Assembly (NCBI GenBank): GCA_965237955.1
Contig: OZ250169.1
Location: 6,912,001-6,976,000, forward strand
Origin: Candidatus Marinacidobacterales bacterium
Lineage (GTDB): Bacteria > Acidobacteriota > Vicinamibacteria > Marinacidobacterales > SMYC01
Reading direction: 5' to 3'
Length of the DNA stretch: 64,000 nt
In this document: in pieces, positions 63,001 through 64,000 of the stretch
Position numbering within the stretch: the stretch's first letter is position 1
Layout of the letters: every line of letters starts with the position of its first letter
The notes under the pieces: generated by a model
Told to the model about the DNA's origin: nothing
Seen by the model: the letters and a program-made list of their open reading frames with translations, nothing else
Databases searched by the model: none
Position numbers and translations under genes: made by a program

Positions 63001-64000
63001 AGATGTTGGGCGATATCGTCCTCTCGCAGCGGCTCGAGCTGAAGGATATTGATGCCAATCTCGTCGCCGTGACTTTCGACGAACCGAACCCAGGGTGGCG
63101 GCTCTTCATCCTGACTCATCGCCACCGTGCCGGTCGCGGTCCCACACACGAGGAGGCTGAGCTCTTTTCGCATGAACAGCGTGCGCAGCATCACCAGGCT
63201 TGCTTCGTCGGCGAAATGGACGTCGTCGATGAGAAGCACCAGGGGGCTGCCGGTCCAGGAGTTTCCCGATGAGTTGAATCAGCGTGACGAAGATCCCCTC
63301 GCGCCGACGGACTTGGTCTTCGTCCGCGTTCGCTCCGCGCCCGCTCAACCCGTTTAACCCGCTCAGATTGTCCAGATGCGGCAGCACGTATCCGAGATAG
63401 TGAAGCTCGTTGTCATCGAGCGTATCGAGAACGGAAACCCCTTTGTCGGCGCGCCGGTTCAAGAGCCCGACGAGCGCGTGTCCCAAGACGTAGTACGGGC
63501 GATACCCCTCCTGGCGTTGACCCGCGACCCTCACGACGTGGAGGGCATCGTTCGACGCGAGGCTCCCCCGTATGGTCTCGATGACAGTGGACTTCCCCAT
63601 ACCAGGTTCGCCTTCGATCACGACGAACTTGGATTTCCCGAGACTCAACGAGCCGAGGGCCTCCGAGACCGCGGACAGCTCGCGGCTTCGTCCGGCGATC
63701 TCGGCATCGTTCAAACGGTGGAGCGCAGTTTTCCGGTACGTCTTCTCGGCATCGATGTCGGAAGCCACCGACACACGGTTCCGGCCCAACTGTTTCGAAG
63801 TATACAGTGCGGTATCCGCGATCCGGATCAGCTCGTTTCCGCTGGTGGCATCGGAGCGCGCCGCGGCCACACCGATGCTGAGGGAGATGGTGAGCTCACC
63901 TTTGCCGGTCGCGAGACGAAGCGTCCGCTCTTTGGTGAGCTGGCTCAGTCGGTGCGCGTGTTGGACGGCATTGCCGAGCTCGGTCTGTGGTAGAAGCACC
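60022..64000 (-). CDS. Large GGDEF - AAA ATPase - helical - HEAT repeat protein; 5' part outside window; two probable error frameshifts
   Basis: SIGVA...ADTALY.SK..GRNR; GEPGMGKST; LIDDVHFAD; TQGNPLF; HEAT repeats; shifts in C runs near 63243 and 61590. Confidence 0.8.

Overview
GC-rich bacterial chromosomal window. GWxTD protein, PQQ beta-propeller, long-form HflX and IS types suggest Acidobacteriota; this is inference only. Conserved blocks: tyrA, lpxB-hflX, ctpA-like/envC/rtcA-like, ruvX(yqgF)-mltG, a selenocysteine formate dehydrogenase operon fdnGHI-fdhE with SECIS, and tRNA-Thr(CGT). These alternate with eroded accessory tracts holding IS5, IS110, ISL3 and IS1182 elements, many internally deleted gene scraps, and a decayed phage/satellite island downstream of the tRNA. 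Best lead: a DUF222-like/HNH endonuclease unit (56204-60020) with no recombinase of its own, flanked by an exact 16-bp direct repeat that duplicates the 3' end of the neighbouring gene. It has a structured leader and a 5'-truncated paralog, and may be an HNH-driven mobile element. Other leads: an apparent operon of three pseudoenzymes (RtcA-like lacking the catalytic His, EnvC, CtpA-like lacking Ser/Lys), an ATT start codon for hflX, an IS1182 with an AbrB-like passenger gene, a kinase-J-domain fusion, and a GGDEF-AAA-HEAT giant protein. Several single-base frameshifts lie in homopolymers and are probably sequencing errors. All family calls come from motif recognition by eye; no searches were run.
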